Positions 13,412 through 28,001 of a stretch of 64,000 bases of DNA are shown in pieces. The stretch's first letter is position 1; every line of letters begins with the position of its first letter. Location: NCBI GenBank assembly GCA_951406725.2, contig OX597817.1:106578001-106642000 (forward strand). Direction: 5' to 3'. The notes beneath the pieces are model-generated. The model saw nothing but the letters and a program-made list of their open reading frames with translations, was not told the DNA's origin and did no database searches. Made by a program: the position numbers and the translations under genes. The stretch comes from Octopus vulgaris. Taxonomy: Eukaryota.

Positions 13412-16400
13412 CTGCAGAGAGAAAAAAAATTTTTTTAATTTGTAATGAAATAAGTACCAGAATATTAATATAAAGTTTATGGTGAAGGAAATGTCAGTAA
13501 TTAAAAAAAGATGCTTTGAAACATCAGTTATTTTTTTTTAACATTCCATTTGTGTGGAGATGGTTAGAACCAAATACCATAGTAATTTGATAAATGCCTG
13601 AAAGTAAGACACTTTAAAATTATTTTTGAAGCAGGAATAGCTGAGATGCAAACATGGTCACTTCCCAACTACATGGTTTGGGGTTCAGTCCTACTGGGCA
13701 AGTGTCTTCTATTATAGTCCCAGGCCAACCAAAGCCTTGTGAGTAGATTTAGTAGATGGAAACTGAAAGAAGCCTGTCACATACATATATTGTGTCTGTG
13801 TATTTGTCTAGGTTTTTGTCCCCCATCATTACTTTATAACTTGTGTTGGTTTGTTTACATCAACTTAGCAGTTTGTAAAAGAGACTGATAGAATAAGTAC
13901 CAAGCTTAAAAATAAACATTAGGTCAATTTGCTTGACTAAATACTTCAAAGTAATGCCCCAGCATGGTCACAGTCCAATGACTGAAACAAGTAAAAGATA
14001 AATGAGAAAGCACCATCCAAATAATGCCAGCACTGACATAAATCCAATGATGACAAAGACTGCACAGTGGAGACTGACATTAATTTCAAAATAATATTAA
14101 TGGAAATTAATAATTGATATTAAAATTACATTATCTGTAAAAAGAAAAACACACACAGTGTGGCTTCCTTTGTAATCGCAACTATTATAAGAAAATGATA
14201 GTAATTTCTTTGTAATCTTTTGTGGGATTAGAAATTTGAATTTGAAATTAAGTAACTATGAGAAAGTTGCATAGAATTCACATATTAAATCTTTTTGCTT
14301 GTTTACTTATTACAAAGTTCTTAAAATTTCTAGTCATGAATAGTACTATGTCATTCATTTTAGAAATTGTGAGCATGACCTGTGACTTATTAATTAAACA
14401 TTTTATGAAGAGAAACATTTCATTAAAAATGGATATAATTACAGCTTGAAAGAAATTCATTGAATTTATGTTTTTTGTTGTTGTTGTTGTTGGGATGGCA
14501 ATCATAGAACATTAGTAGTTTAGGAATCAAGAAAAATGAAAATAAGTTCTTAGTTTTGACATATGGGATAATAACAGTTTACAAGGAATTCTACCTTGTG
14601 AAAATGTTTATAGTAGCTCATAATTTCAGGTTTAGTAACAAACAACTTCACAAACTATTTTTTAATATATTCATTGAGGTATAGACATTCATTTCAAAGT
14701 ATTAACCCTTTGTATATCTGTTAGAACAGACATCTATTCACAAACATAACACTTTCACTATCACCAACAGTTTAAATGAATTTTTACAAAATCACTGCAA
14801 GAGCTTTTCAAACATGTGGTTCCCCTAGTAGTGACAGCTGTTATATGAGAGATAATCACTTCTTCATAATACTTGCTGAGATTATAAATATTTTTTTTTT
14901 ATTTCATGAGGATGTAATCGATCAAAAACAGAGCTTAAGGAGATAAGTTATAGGAAGAATGTAGGAAGTAATGATTTCAAAATTCTTTTCCACTTCAAAA
15001 TGAAATATTAAAAAAAAAAAAGCACAAAATCTTATTAAAAACTGCTAAATATGGGATTAGACTTAATTTAAATTAAAAATGAAAAATTGGCTAAAAACTT
15101 CTGAGAAAATTGTCTTTGAAAAATGTTTTGTAGCTTTGTAATCTATTTAAGAAATCGAAACAGAAGACAGTTATTTAATCCATTATCATAGAACATTGAA
15201 AAATATAGATATATGAATATATATACATACCATTCTTGCCCAAATTGGAAAAAATCCTTTATATAAAGACCAAAATCCTTCTGCTTTTACAGTCTTTGTT
15301 ACACAATCCCAAGAGGATGTATAGAGTATACCTCTGTAATTATATTTATAGTATGTATATCATAATAATAGTGTTTGTTATGTAAATTATAAGAATCATT
15401 TATGTAGAAAAGCAAAGTGTTATAAAAATGTTAAATATTCATATTAGTTCTTTCTCAAGTGAAACTGTAGTTGTGGATGGTGCTGGTGTCATGTATCAGG
15501 CACCCATGCCGGTGGCATGTAAAAAGCACCCTTTGGACATGGGGCCTCATGAAGGCAATGATAAGTGGCCAAGACCTTTGGCAATATGCCGTGCTTGTCA
15601 AGTGAAACTACAGTTGTGGCTGATGCCGGTGTCACATAACTGGCACCCATGCTGGTGGCACATAAAAAGCACTCATTACACTCTTGGAGTGGTTGGTGTC
15701 AGGAAGGGCATCCAGCCATAGAAACCATGCCAAATCAGACAAGAATCTGGTACAGCTCTCCAGCTTACAGTTTCAGCCAAGCCATCTAACCCATGCCAGC
15801 ATGGAAAGCAGACATTAAATGACGATGATGATGATTAGTTCTTTTTCACTATGAAATTACAACATTTAATGTCCACTTTTCCATGCTTGCATGGATTAGA
15901 CAGAATTTGTTGAGACAGATGATCTTACTGTCACCAACTCTCACCTGTTTCTAAGTCAGGTAATACTTTCCCATGACCAGACATGTTTTCACAGAAGACT
16001 GGGAAAGAAGAACACTGCTTCAATGATGGAGACATTTGTATACAACTATCACACAATGTCTAGAAGACAGTAACACATACACAGATATATATATATAAAA
16101 GCACCTGTCGAACGTTGGACCTCATGGAGCCAATGTGGCCAATGCCAGTATCGCATAACTGGTACTTGTGCCAGTGGAATATAAAAAGCACCTTTCAAGC
16201 ATTGGGCCTCATAGAAGCAATGACAAATGACCGAGACCTTTGGCAATATGCTGTGTTTGAGAAGACCCATCAAGCCAAGTGAAATTGTAGTCGTGGCAGA
16301 TACTGGTGTCACGCAACTAACATCCATGCTGGTGGCATGCAAAAGCACCCATTACACTCTTGGAGTGGTTGGTGTTAGGAATGACATCAAGCTGTAGAAA

Positions 16401-19400
16401 CCATGCCAAATCAGACTGGAGTCTGATGCAACCCATGCCAGCATGGACAACGGACATTAAATGATGATGATGATGATGATATATACCCATACATATATAT
16501 GACAGGCTTCTTTCAGTTTCTGTCTACCAAATCTACTCACCAGGTTTTGGTCAGCCTAGAGCTATAATAGTAGACACTTGCCTATGTTGTCATGCAGAGG
16601 GACTGATCCTAGAACCATGTGGTTGGGAAGCAAACTTCTTACCACACAGCTACACTTGCACCTATTAAGACGACTATAAGTAAATATGTGAAGGCGCAAT
16701 GGCCTAGTGGTTAGGGCAGCGGACTCGCGGTCGTAGAATCGCGGTTTCGATTCCCAGACCGGGCGTTGTGAGTTTATTGAGCGAAAACACCTAAAAGCTC
16801 CACGAGGCTCCGGCAGGGGCTGGTGATCCCTGCTGTACTCTTTCTCCCACTCTTTCCTGTTGGCCTGCTCGCTTAGCCAGCGGGGTGGCGTCATTCGAAG
16901 GCTAAAACAATGCGAACGCATTGTGACTACATCTGATGGACTGGTCGGTCACATGATGATGACGTGATGATAAGTAAATATAGAATTTTACTGGGCTTAA
17001 TAAATTAATATTTTGAGTGAAAAGTTATCTATAGATCAGTTTTCTGAATCAAATCTCCATTTCTTTTACAATACAAAATTCACCAACACATTACTTTACA
17101 GAGCAACTCTCAATTTAATAAAGAAGTCAGCAGAGGTTATTAATACTTTAGTATAATTGATAGGTGCAGGTATGGCTGTTTAGTAAAGATGAATCTAAAG
17201 AGGTTGTTTAGCATCTTGTTGGAGGCAAGAGACACTGTAAATGTTACTAAGCATTTTGATTTGCAAGAGATGGCTAAAATGGTGGGGAATGATCTGACAA
17301 GATAATCTCATTGAAGAATTTTACTCAATGGACATGTGACATACAATATACAATATACAAACATCAAGAGAAGAATTCAAGCTATATAAAGAACATGATG
17401 GTGCCATGTAAAAGACACCCAGTACACTCTATGGAGTGGTTGGTGTTAGGAAGGGCATCCACCATAGAAACCATACCAAAGCAAACAGGAAAGCTTAGCA
17501 AAAACCTCTAGTTCACCCAGTGCCTGTCAAACCACCCAACCCATGCCAGCATGGAAAATGGATGTTAAACAGTTGTGAGGATGATGATGATCTAGAGAAA
17601 TCTAGGTAACAATACATCCTTCTCTGAAAACTACATGCTCCTAGATTGTCAATCAAGAAAAACAGCTTACTTTCCATTTTTTGTTGGTTGATTCATTATC
17701 CTTGTTTTCACAACATCAGCTGGGGTACCTAATGTAGCAGCTACAATTCCTGACATTACACTGAAACAGCATTGAAACACATTTACAGCTACATGGTTTA
17801 TAAGATCTTTTCTTTTGTTTTTGTTCTTTGTTGTTTTTCTTTCTATTTGCATAAATAATTTATTCCAAAATATAATCTCAAATATAAATAAAAGAAAGAT
17901 AGCTTTTTCTAAGCCAATGAAAAAGAAAATGTAAAATTTGAAGTAAATTGCCATTTTTAAAAAAATGGTTATAACTGATGTAAAAAGAAAGACTGTATAG
18001 ACATTCTCTGAATGAACCAATGGGGAAAGTGTCTACATAGCCATCTCACCTGCTAATAATAGCAGCCATAGCTTCAGTACTATGGATATGTGATTAGAAT
18101 ATCATGAGAAATAACTGCAAGACAAATTCTTCAAGCTTAGCCAACAGGCAGGAGACCAAGAGGTAGACAAAGAATGAAGTTGGCTGGATATCCATAATCT
18201 CAATCATGCTAGGGAATCCAGCAGAAAAGTGTAATGACAGTTGCTTCTGATAGGACCCTATAGAGGAGAGGCCTGAGAGCTCTACCTCCATACAAAATTT
18301 ACCAACATCTTGTCTTACCACTATTCCAGGGAATAGTGGTAAGACAAGATGGGTGAATGGATATTGTACAAAAATAAAGATGGGTGAGGTTATAGCTGGA
18401 ATGTCGTGATCATCCTGTTAGAAACCTGCTGTCAAGGATTTAACAACAATTATGGTTGATACAGCCACCAGTCATTCTCAGAACTCTTGACTACATGCCC
18501 TACACTGTCACAAATAGTTCTGCTCTTTCACTCACTTTCACTTCATTTCTTAGGCCAACTTTTGATTAATAACAAATATTTCTCCTAACTAATAAATATT
18601 ATTAAAGAATGGTAAATGATGTAGAACCAAAGTTAGACCCAGCAAATAAAGTCTGTGAGTTGGATTTGAATTTCACTTGAAGTCATTTCATTTCATTTAT
18701 ACCATCCATTCTTAAGAATGTATCTGTATTAAATTGGTATGGAATTACAGACTCCTGTGGGTTGGTTATATTGTACATTTAAACAATCAAACAACTGTTG
18801 AAACAAGTTTTTTGAAGAGCCAACTATTGGTATGTAACTACAAAGCAAGTCCAAGAAATGATACAAACACCATCAAATACCCATCTTTATAAGAAGCACA
18901 CATAAACTACAAACAGTAATGTATTGATGTATAAGGCAACTCCTTTTGAGAAAAATTGTCTTTAAGGGATCAAACAGGTCATAAAACAATTAACTGCATA
19001 ATTTATTGACATAGAAACCTAGTCAGTATCATCAAATGGTAAATAAATAATTTCTTTCTTTACTTCAGAACCGTCATCCAACAGTATACAGAAGATAAGC
19101 AACAATGCTATAGAATAAGAAACAATTAACAGTTTAGCATTCAGAACTCTCTGTCAAATATAATGTTTATTTATTTACATTGTTTTGAGTTAATCATGCA
19201 TTATCTTGTAGCTTTGAGAGTTCCCTGATGTCATTGTTTGTGTTTAGAATGACACCGTTAGGGGCTCAATCTGGCCAGTTAGAACATAAAACAGGAAGAA
19301 TATATAAGAATTAAGCAATACTTCTTGATTAATATTTTAATTACCAATCAAAAGAAAATTATAATATTAACTTGTTTAGAGCTAATTACAAATCTGCTTA

Positions 19401-22400
19401 GAACTTCTAAAGACTAAAAAGGTAATGGCTTGATTACTAACAACAGTTAAATTATACTGAGGAAGATGTTATTGCTATATATTTACCTTGATAAAAAGTG
19501 TGTTACAACATTATCCTTCAATGAAGTATTCCTTAAAATGAAATGTTTGCTTGTGTCATAGGTCGCCAAATCTAACAAAACAACACAAATAATTTTCAAA
19601 TGTAATTAATATATCTACTATATTTTATTTAATTTGTATTGATATATATATATATATTTAAAATAGGTTTGGGTCATATGACTGAATAAGAGAAATTTCA
19701 AATGACCAAAATATCAGAATATTGACAGCTTCAAAGACCAAATACTCAGAACATTGAATTTTGAAATAAATAAGGGGAAAATATGAAAAAACAGCTTTAA
19801 GAAAACATTTCTTTACAGTTTTAAAAGGAACATATTTACTAGTTTATGTGTGTGTGTGTTATGTTAGAATAACCATTTTAGTGGGAAAATATGAAAAACT
19901 GTCTTTAAAATTTTAGTAAATTGAGAGCAAGCTCAGGAACTTGCTTCTCTCACTTTGCCTTCATGCTTTTACTACATAATTCCAATATAAAAATTCAACC
20001 TTTTAATCATTTCATATGTTTATATTTGTGTGAAAAGAAAAGGTATATATTCAATAAGTGCATTTAAAGAACAGAAGTATTTGATAAATAAACTATTTAA
20101 ATTTTCACATATGTCTTAGATATAATATCTCTACAAGAAACTTCCATTTTATTTTTTCTGAAGTAAATATGCTCACCATATCTGGCTTGCCTTTGTTATT
20201 CTGGCAGCATGATAAAAAAAAAAGTAAGTCTACTGTTTCTGAAATAAATTCCCTTTTAAAACAATAAATAACTATCTTTTAAGACTGTTTTTCACATCAT
20301 TTTGCCTAGAATATTTCAAAATTTGGTGTTCTAAATATTCAGCCTTTCAAGCTTTCAGCATTTTGATTTTTAGTTTCATTTGAAATTTGGCCTTCTTGTG
20401 TTCAGCCACTTAGAATACTTTAGAATACATTCAGCAGCCATTTGCTGCACATAATAGTAATTACAAACAGTGTCAAAAGAGGTAGATTACAAAGTGGATA
20501 AGATATTAGACTCAGATCATGAGATTCTATAACATTTTGAGTATAATAGTATATTCGGAGATATTTAACAATATAATTAATTTGACTTTATTTTACAAGA
20601 AATTCAACACCATGAGTAGAGAAGGAGATGGTTGGTAGGGCACCAGATTAATTCAGAAATTATAAATTTTTCAGAATGTCAATTTCAAATCTAAATTTAG
20701 TTTTCCATTGCCTCTATCTCAATATAAGCAGAAGTTTAGTAGAATAATTTGTTAGAAGATAAACTACATCTAATTCATTTCATATATCAATTAGCCCCAA
20801 ATGTTCACTCCCCACCTAAAGTTTTATACTGGCTTTACAACAGTGGATAAGATTGAGTAAACTCTTTCCAGTTATTGCTGCCTTTGATAAAATTTCTTGA
20901 AGACCCTACTGCCCCACCCCACCTACCTGTCTTTGTTACTTCTTATTTATCACCCAACTTTTCTCCTATCATTTTATCTCCCTCTCATCACACTAACTGT
21001 ATATTAAGGGATGGCATTAAATCTGTTTATATTCAAACATCCTTTGCATCATCCCTCTTTATGACTAGCCAACAAATACTCTCTCTCTTTCTCTTTTCCT
21101 CTCTCTTGTACTATCACCTATCTTTATTGCTACTCATCACACTCACTTCTATTACCTCATTTCTATCCTCAGTCTACTTCTTGTTACTCCTTCCCCCATC
21201 CCATTGCCTCTGCTTATTTTCTACTCAATTTATTTACCAACAACCAATATATAGCTGTCTACTACTACTTTTCTATTACTTCCTTTTCTATCACACTTAT
21301 TCTCCTATTGCTATTCCTCCAATCTTTCTCTTTTATCACCATCTCATCCTGATTCTCTTTCTTTCATCACTCACTTTTATTTATCCTCTTGGTCATAATG
21401 CTTTAAGTAGAATAGAAAGAAGTCTTTAGTCTTGTCAAAGATAAGGCAACTCCTTGAATGTTGGTACCATGACAAAATGTAGAATGGTTATAATTAGAAA
21501 GGCCATAGAAACCATGCCATGAATTGAAGCATACAAGTAAGATGTGGCCCCTGATACATCTAAAAGAGCAGTAATGCCAAATAAGGATTGATCTGCACTG
21601 TGACAATCTGTCAAATCCATAGTAGCATAGAAAAGTAAATGTAAAATGATGCTTATAATGATGACAATAGTACATAAAATCATAAGAGACAAAAACTGAA
21701 ATGTAGTGTTTACTACTGAATTTGTGAATTCTTTGATGTACCTCTTAATCTTCTTATCATTAAATTATAGCTAACAAGACTTTACTGGATTTCTATTTGA
21801 AATCAAAGCTATCTGCAGTAAAAATACAATAAGCCCTAAGTGAGATGTATATACATCCATTTAAAACATCTTATATCAAGGAATACTTTCACACAGAAAT
21901 CTATTTTATTTTCGATGCTATTGTTTCTTTTGAAACTTTATTAAAAACAAAAAAAAAAAAAGAAAGAAAAGAAAAGAAAGAATACCAGCTTAATCATTAA
22001 CAGTTATTATACTAAATGTTTCAATGGTTTCAAAGTTAATTGAAACAGAGGCAGTGTATTTCAACAGAAATACATCTATCTTTTATATTAAAAAATTGTT
22101 CCAATAATTTGAAAAAGGAAAAAAAAATCAACACAATTTTCTACATTCATTACACTTTTCTAAGAGACTAATAGCTTAACCACTGAGCAATACAACAACT
22201 CAGCAATGAATTAAATTGTGTCAAAGAACAGTATTGTACCTCCCATGTTGACTAAACCAGCTCGTTGTACATTTGGGATCCAGCCTTTCCACAATCCACG
22301 CACACCTCCCTCAGCAGTTATTTTACAAAATGCATCATGCATACTTTTTACTCTGCAATTATAAAAGTCATGTTACAATTTATTCAACAAACTAGCATGA

Positions 22401-24891
22401 AAAACAAAAACAAAAATAGAAATAATAATTATAATAAATTTCTACAAAAATAAAAAAGGTTATATCAAACAATGAAATATAAAAAAAAAACATAGTTAAA
22501 GTAAAATCTAACCTGACTGGATTTCCCAAGAGCCTATTTTTGCCTTCCATTTGCATCTGTACTTTAATAAGATCAGTAGGACTAGCAACAAACTGTCCTA
22601 ACATACCTGCTGTTAATCCACAACAAGCAGCTTTCCTAAGGAAAGAAAGCAACCACAATAATAATTACAATTACTTTTATTGGGCTCAAGGGCCCAAGAA
22701 GCTAGAGACAGTACAAAGGTGAAATACAAAAGTAAGCTAGTAACAATGAGTGATTTACATTGAGTGAAAATGTGAAATCAAAAATAATAAACAGATAATA
22801 AATAGCGATAGTAGCATAGAAACACCAAGAAAGAAGCTCAAATGGGGAAAATCACTTTGGATGTGAAGAAACCTGAAACTCAAAGGGGTGTAGTATTGGA
22901 TTCGATCCCACATTTTGCCACATACAAATTTCAAGTCACAATTCAATCGTGGTTTGGTCATGGGTGCATCTGAGAGCTTGTCCAATCAATGGTTTTTGTT
23001 TGCATGATAGTTCTTTAACCTGTCTGGAACTTATCATGAAAGTAGAAAGTGCAGTTTTTGTGATATGGAAAGATGGCTCATCTGGAAAAGCAGCTTAGAC
23101 CACACTACATGTCTAAATTCAAGAACTGAACTTTTCAGATCATGTCCACATATGGCTAAATATTTGTTACATTTTTAGTCCCCTCAAGATCACAGATAGA
23201 ATCTGCTTTTTATATTGTGTCCACGTACAAGCATTTTATCTCTATATATGTCTTATTTTTTAAACAAGAATATATTTGTTAAGATATTTCATATTTTACA
23301 AGATTATTTACGTATATTTATTAATTTATCTATATATTATTATTGTTATCTTTAACCTGAAGAGTGGCTATATTTATATTGAAGTGATTTTACTACTACT
23401 ACTATTATTTTTACTATTATCATTTCTTAAATATAGCCATGAAACACGTGTCATTATTCTACCAAATATATACGTTTTATTTATTATTTTGCACATTACT
23501 TAATCATTATTATATGTTTTATCTTATATTTAATCTTTCTATAATATGTAATTTTTCTAAATGGTTGTAATTTAATTTTTCATAATTGAATTGATAAAAG
23601 GTGGTTTTTTTCTAATTTATATATATATATATATATATTGTGAAATTTGATTTAGTATTTCTAAATTGAATTTTTCCCTGTAAGTTTGGAATAATATTCC
23701 CTCATATTATTATTTATATATATATATATACTCTATAAATAGCCGTACTCAATTTGCTTCATACCAACTGATTTAGGAAAATGAATGGGTTATTTCCCAT
23801 GGCTGTTAAAATCTGGGCAAAAGGGTTATTTCCCTTGGTTGTTAAAATGAAATATATTAGATATATATAAGGATCCCTTCCAGGGGCCCAATTATCGATG
23901 TTTTCAACAATCTGAGTATCCCATGAGGTTTCACATCTTCACACTTAGCAACTTAGCAGTCTGGTATATAAAAAAAAAGACAAATAGAATAGGTATCAAA
24001 TTTTAAAACAACAAGTACTGGGTCCAATTTGTTCAACTAACCCAGAGGTGGGGTAATTTTTTAGTGTGGTGGGCAAAAACTTCCAAAGTAAAAGGTCCGC
24101 ATGCAGATCACAAATCCTAACTCTTATATCTGTGTAGATCTTGTATATCATCATCATCATCATCATATCTATGTATAATTCAATATACATTAATAAAGAT
24201 AAGCTTAACACATTGAATTAACAATGCTGCAACTGAATTTAAGACATTTATATTACTTATGAGGTATTCTATATTTTTCAGCTAGAGCGTAGTTGGATCT
24301 CAAGGGAGTGGTACAAACCTACCAATGTGTTTTATAGTGAAAACAAAATTTCCATTCAAATGGCAATTTTCTGTTCGAGTCTAGTAGTTTTAAGTAGTAG
24401 TTGAAACATGACCTATGTCACAAATACGTATACAAATATTGTATAAATTTTATACTTGAAAAATTTACTATATTTTGTACATACGAGTATATCAGCCTAT
24501 GGTGCAATAAAACGGGCTTGCGGGCACAATTACATCCATGGGTGAGGGTTTCATAACTCTTGGACTAAACCCTTCAAGGCAGTGCCCCAGGATGGCTGCA
24601 GTCCAGTGACTGAAACAAGTAAAGATAAAAGACAAATTGTACCCAAATCACATAACCAGCATTTGATAAAACTCCTCTTTTACACTTTTATTTGTTTCAG
24701 TCATTTGACTGTGGCCATGCTGGAGCACCGCCTTTAGTCGAGCAAATCAACCCCAGGACTTATTCTTTGTAAGCCTAGTACTTATTCTATCGGTCTCTTT
24801 TGCTGAACCGCTAAGTTACGGGGACACAAACACACCAGCATCGGTTGTCAAGCGATGTTGGGGGGACAAACACAGACACACAAACATATAC

Positions 24892-24928
<37 letters not shown>

Positions 24929-27900
24929 CAACGGGCTTCCTTCAGTTTTCGTCTACCAAATCCACTCACAAGGCTTTGGTCGGCCCGAGGCTATAGTAGA
25001 AGACACTTGCCCAAGGTGCCATGCAGTGGGACTGAACCCAGAACCATGTAGTTCATAAGCAAGCTACTAACCACACACCATTCTTTCTCCACTTCACTAA
25101 TTCTACCAATTTTAACCCTTTACTATCCAGATTATTCTGTCAAATGTAATGTTTACTTATTCACACTGCTTTGAATTAATCCTACATTTGAAATTTTGAT
25201 GATGTGATAGTTTATTTCTAAATGACATTGAAGGATAGATGTGAGAGAAAGGATCTGGTGCTTTTAAAAATAAATCCTGTAAAATATTTGGGCAAGATAT
25301 GATCTATTTAAATGCAAAGGGGCCAAATACATCCACTCAAAATGAAGAATTTTAATTACCATACAGGAAGTATTCCATCAGGATTTTTATGGAAGACATT
25401 GTCTCTGAGAACTTCATAGAAAGTCATTCGACATCCAGTATAAACTAAAAGAGAAAATATAATGATTTGATATATTAAAATCAGACATCAGATAATGGTG
25501 AGTCTTCTGACTGAGAAAGTAGTTACTGGTAATTTTAAAATATTAATTATTTTAAACGTGTTTCAAATATCAGAATCAATATTCACATAAGCAGGGTACA
25601 TAACCTCTATCACAATACATACTTTTTCTTGTTTGTTCCAAGCAATGATATCCTGCCTGTTATGTCAGCACTTCGTAGAAATTTTTATAGGACTGTTCCA
25701 CCAATATTCTCTGTGTTGATATTTATGTATGTATTCGATAAATATATTCTCTATATTTATCGTAGGACAGTCTTTGGGGGAGGGGCATGTTTCTCTTTTA
25801 TGTATGTATGTGGCTTGGAGTCACGTGCTTGGTACCAGCGACATATAAATAAGAATACAAAGCTGGCTCTTTACAAATTATTTGTCTTACCATCTCTGTT
25901 GTATTCCTGTGAAACTTGGACTTGTTATGAAAGGCATTTTAGATTGTTAGAACAATTTCACCAAAAATGTCTTCAACACATTTTAAAAATTAAATGGAGT
26001 TCTTTTACTCCAAACACAGATGTCCCTGCATCTGCAGGCATCATTTCAATTAACGCTATGATTTTGAGGAACCAACTGAGATGGTGTGACCATATTGTTC
26101 AAATGGCAGATGAATGCATGCCGAAACAGTTGTTTTATAGTAAGCTTGTAGAGGGGAAACACTATCAGTGTAAACCTAAAAAAAAGGTTTAAGGACAGCA
26201 TAAGGACTACTATGAATGAAGTCACTGGGAATGGTTCCAGAAGATATAGAAACCCTTGCTTCGGATTGAGTTGGATGGAGAACAAAGGCATGGAGTGGAG
26301 TGAAAGCATTTGAAGAGGCCAGGATAACACAAGTAAGACTCAAAAGAGATCTAAAGAAGAATGTAACGATTGAGAAGGTGAATGAAAATGACCTTTTTGT
26401 GTGCACAGTCTGTGACAGACCATCCCTGCCTTTTGCTTCCCTCAAATTTCATCTGCGAATGCATGAGAAACAAACCTCCACCAACTATTCTTATTATATA
26501 TCTGTGCACACCTTTGCATGCATTGTATGCCAGAAGGTTTGCAAATCCAACGGAGGCCTCAAGAGACATTTTAAGATCCACAAAGAGCAGAACTTATCTG
26601 CAGCTCTTGGTGATCCAAATCAGAAGTGCAATCTATGTGGGTGTCTTTTCAGAACATTGTCTGGTTTAAAAAGCTACATCAGTTGCCATGATGATGCTAA
26701 GGTGTAGGTACAGAAAGTAGTCAAACTCTGCATAAGGAGTAGACAACCACCATGTATGTATGTACGTTAGGCAATTTGCTATGCCAGATATCTTGTATAA
26801 GTGTGTGTTGTTTGTATTTAACTCAGCTTTCACAGCATCAATAGGCAGCAAGCTATTATTTAAATAACATACTTAATACAACATCCTGGTTGCTATTTGC
26901 TTCAAGCTCTGAGACTTCAGTTTGGGTGATTTAAATCTACAGAATATATATACATTTTTAATATCCAAAGAGAACTCTTCACTGCAACTTCCTTATATTA
27001 CATAATACTTTTCTATATTTTTCAATTTTTCAACCTACCACTACTGTTTTTCCTAACATTCAAACCATGCATTTTCTCACATGGATTTTCTTTTCAATTT
27101 TGCTTTCCCCATGGTTTTTTTTTCTATACAATCTTAACTTCCTAGCTTTCTCTCAGTGATACTCTTGGGTGCAATCCATTTGGGCACAAATGATTTGTAA
27201 ATCATAGAGATAAACTCTCTGAATAAATTACATAACTCTACATTATACAATGCACTGAACATCTAATTGAACATAAGCCTCTTCATTTTATAACTAAGAA
27301 TACTAAGAATACTTAATGTGTGTGTGTGAGCGCGCGTGCATATCAGCCAACTGTAACCCCCAATGTTATATGTAACAATGGAAATATTATGCTTACCTAT
27401 GTGTCTTACAAGTGCAGGTGTCACTCCTTGCCATAGTTTGTGAAAGCCTTCTTCTTTAGCTGTTGAATTACGAAAATAATATATAATTACATTTTCTAGG
27501 TACAATCAAGAATTACTGACATTTTGTATCAAGTATAACTGATAAAAAACAACAGTCTTGGCAAAAATGGGTAACTAAAAGTGAATTGCATATGTAAATA
27601 ACAAATATATCTGTCACCTGCCTGTCTCCCTCCCAGAAGTGTAAGCTATAAAATATAGACTAATTATAGAACACACACACACATATATATAAACTTATTG
27701 TTAATAAAGATCAGGTGTGTGTTGTGTACTGTTACTTAATAAATGAAAAGTGCATTGTAAATAAATGACACATAAAAAACTAAGTATTACCATTTTGGTT
27801 GATAACTGATAAAGAATTAGGGACCTTTTGTGTCTTATAGGTATGTTTTTTTATCTGTCATTCATTTTGCAATTCATTTTTCATTTATTATATATATTAT

Positions 27901-27965
27901 TAAAATTAGCATCAAGCATAAGGGTGTACTTGGCACCTAACTTGTTAGAAATAGGAGTTAATACC

Positions 27966-28001
<36 letters not shown>

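Noticed and set aside
16692-16765. tRNA gene
   Set aside because: A and B boxes are present but there is no complete cloverleaf; it is the head of a SINE with a tail and TSD
20875-21429. 184-aa hydrophobic ORF
   Set aside because: Non-ATG start in a pyrimidine-rich low-complexity intronic tract, with no recognisable domain or splice support
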